The position numbers and the translations under genes are program-made. From positions 24,118,001 through 24,182,000 of the forward strand of contig CM022672.1 of NCBI GenBank assembly GCA_012295275.1: 64,000 nucleotides of DNA, given 5' to 3'. The stretch comes from Chrysomallon squamiferum (Eukaryota; Animalia; Mollusca). Under the pieces are notes generated by a model. The model ran no database searches and was not told where the DNA came from. It saw nothing but the letters and a program-made list of their open reading frames with translations. Shown piece after piece: positions 62,084 to 64,000 of this stretch. The stretch's first letter is position 1. Each line of letters opens with the position of its first letter.

Positions 62084-62889
62084 GTTGATGATGATGATGA
62101 TGTTTCAAAATAAAGTATTGATTTAATGTGATTTTCTTTTCTTTTGTTTTTTAATTTTATTATTTCTCTTTAAAAGAACGGGAAAAAGAAGAAAAAGAAG
62201 AAAGAAAAATGAAAATAGTTTCTATGAAACTGTATGTAATCGTGCGCGAAGCCAGGGGTCATTATCAAACCAGCAACATAAATGGTTATACAGACATGGG
62301 ATCTGTCAGACAAACATACTAATGACTTTATTAGCACGTCTGTGACAGACAGGTTAGCGAATGACAAAGTCATAAACTAAAACAAAGTTTGTTTGAAAAC
62401 GTATAAAAGATAATTATTAAACAATTTGGATATCGTTTTCATATAGATATTAATTTTTCTTGGGTTATGCTTTAGATACTTTAAAATTTTCAGTTTAAGT
62501 GGTTCGAATAAACAGTTTCACCAAAGCATAGAAAATGAAGTTAGTTCTTTTTCTAATATTTCAATAATTATTTAATATTTTCAGAATTAACGAATACTAA
62601 TTAATTTAATTTTATTCTAAAACGGATTTAAACATTTTCATGAGATTTTCACGCATTGTCTGAACCATGTGCGTGATCATATAGCATTTGATCACTTACC
62701 GTTACTTCAAAACCTACGGATGTAACCCTAATATTTTTGAACTGGTAATTTATGTTTCTTTTTGTTAGTTCCGAACTTTAACAAACAAACAAACAATAAA
62801 TAAATAAATAAATAAATTATACTGACGAAACATCAATTTTACCAAAGAAAGGTTTGTTAAAGGGTCTTTAAATCTTTACTCACTAGTCC

Positions 62890-64000
<1,111 letters not shown>

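Noticed and set aside
59690-62750. Several GC-richer patches with splice-like signals (59690-59930, 61370-61490, 62700-62741) as further exons of the right-edge gene
   Set aside because: I could not build a phase-consistent, stop-free exon chain by eye.

Overview
Very AT-rich, intron-containing, microsatellite-rich animal genomic DNA, probably lophotrochozoan or molluscan (inferred from gene content). There are three parts. (1) At 0.1-9.8 kb (+), a transcription-factor-like gene has two shared 5' coding exons ending in a phase-0 donor. These are followed by an array of phase-0 terminal exons, three of which each encode a different pipsqueak-type HTH DNA-binding module, two of them with a CENP-B-type HTH. 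This is a mod(mdg4)/lola-like architecture, but with a non-BTB N-terminal domain. (2) At ~10-58.4 kb, a roughly threefold tandem segmental duplication. Each unit carries a minus-strand Deltex-family gene (RRM/KH-like N-terminus, 31-aa repeats, macrodomain, RING-HC, Deltex C-terminal domain) and members or relics of a family of ~150-aa secreted Cys-rich proteins with DxxGxGxxD[YF]CR repeats. Only the rightmost Deltex copy keeps RING-DTC; the other two lost it by different deletions. Unit-specific insertions include a pogo-like DNA transposon relic, a decayed LINE and a solo LTR. (3) Beyond 62.8 kb, part of an unidentified minus-strand gene enters from the right edge. All exon models and alignments were made by eye; no database searches were run.
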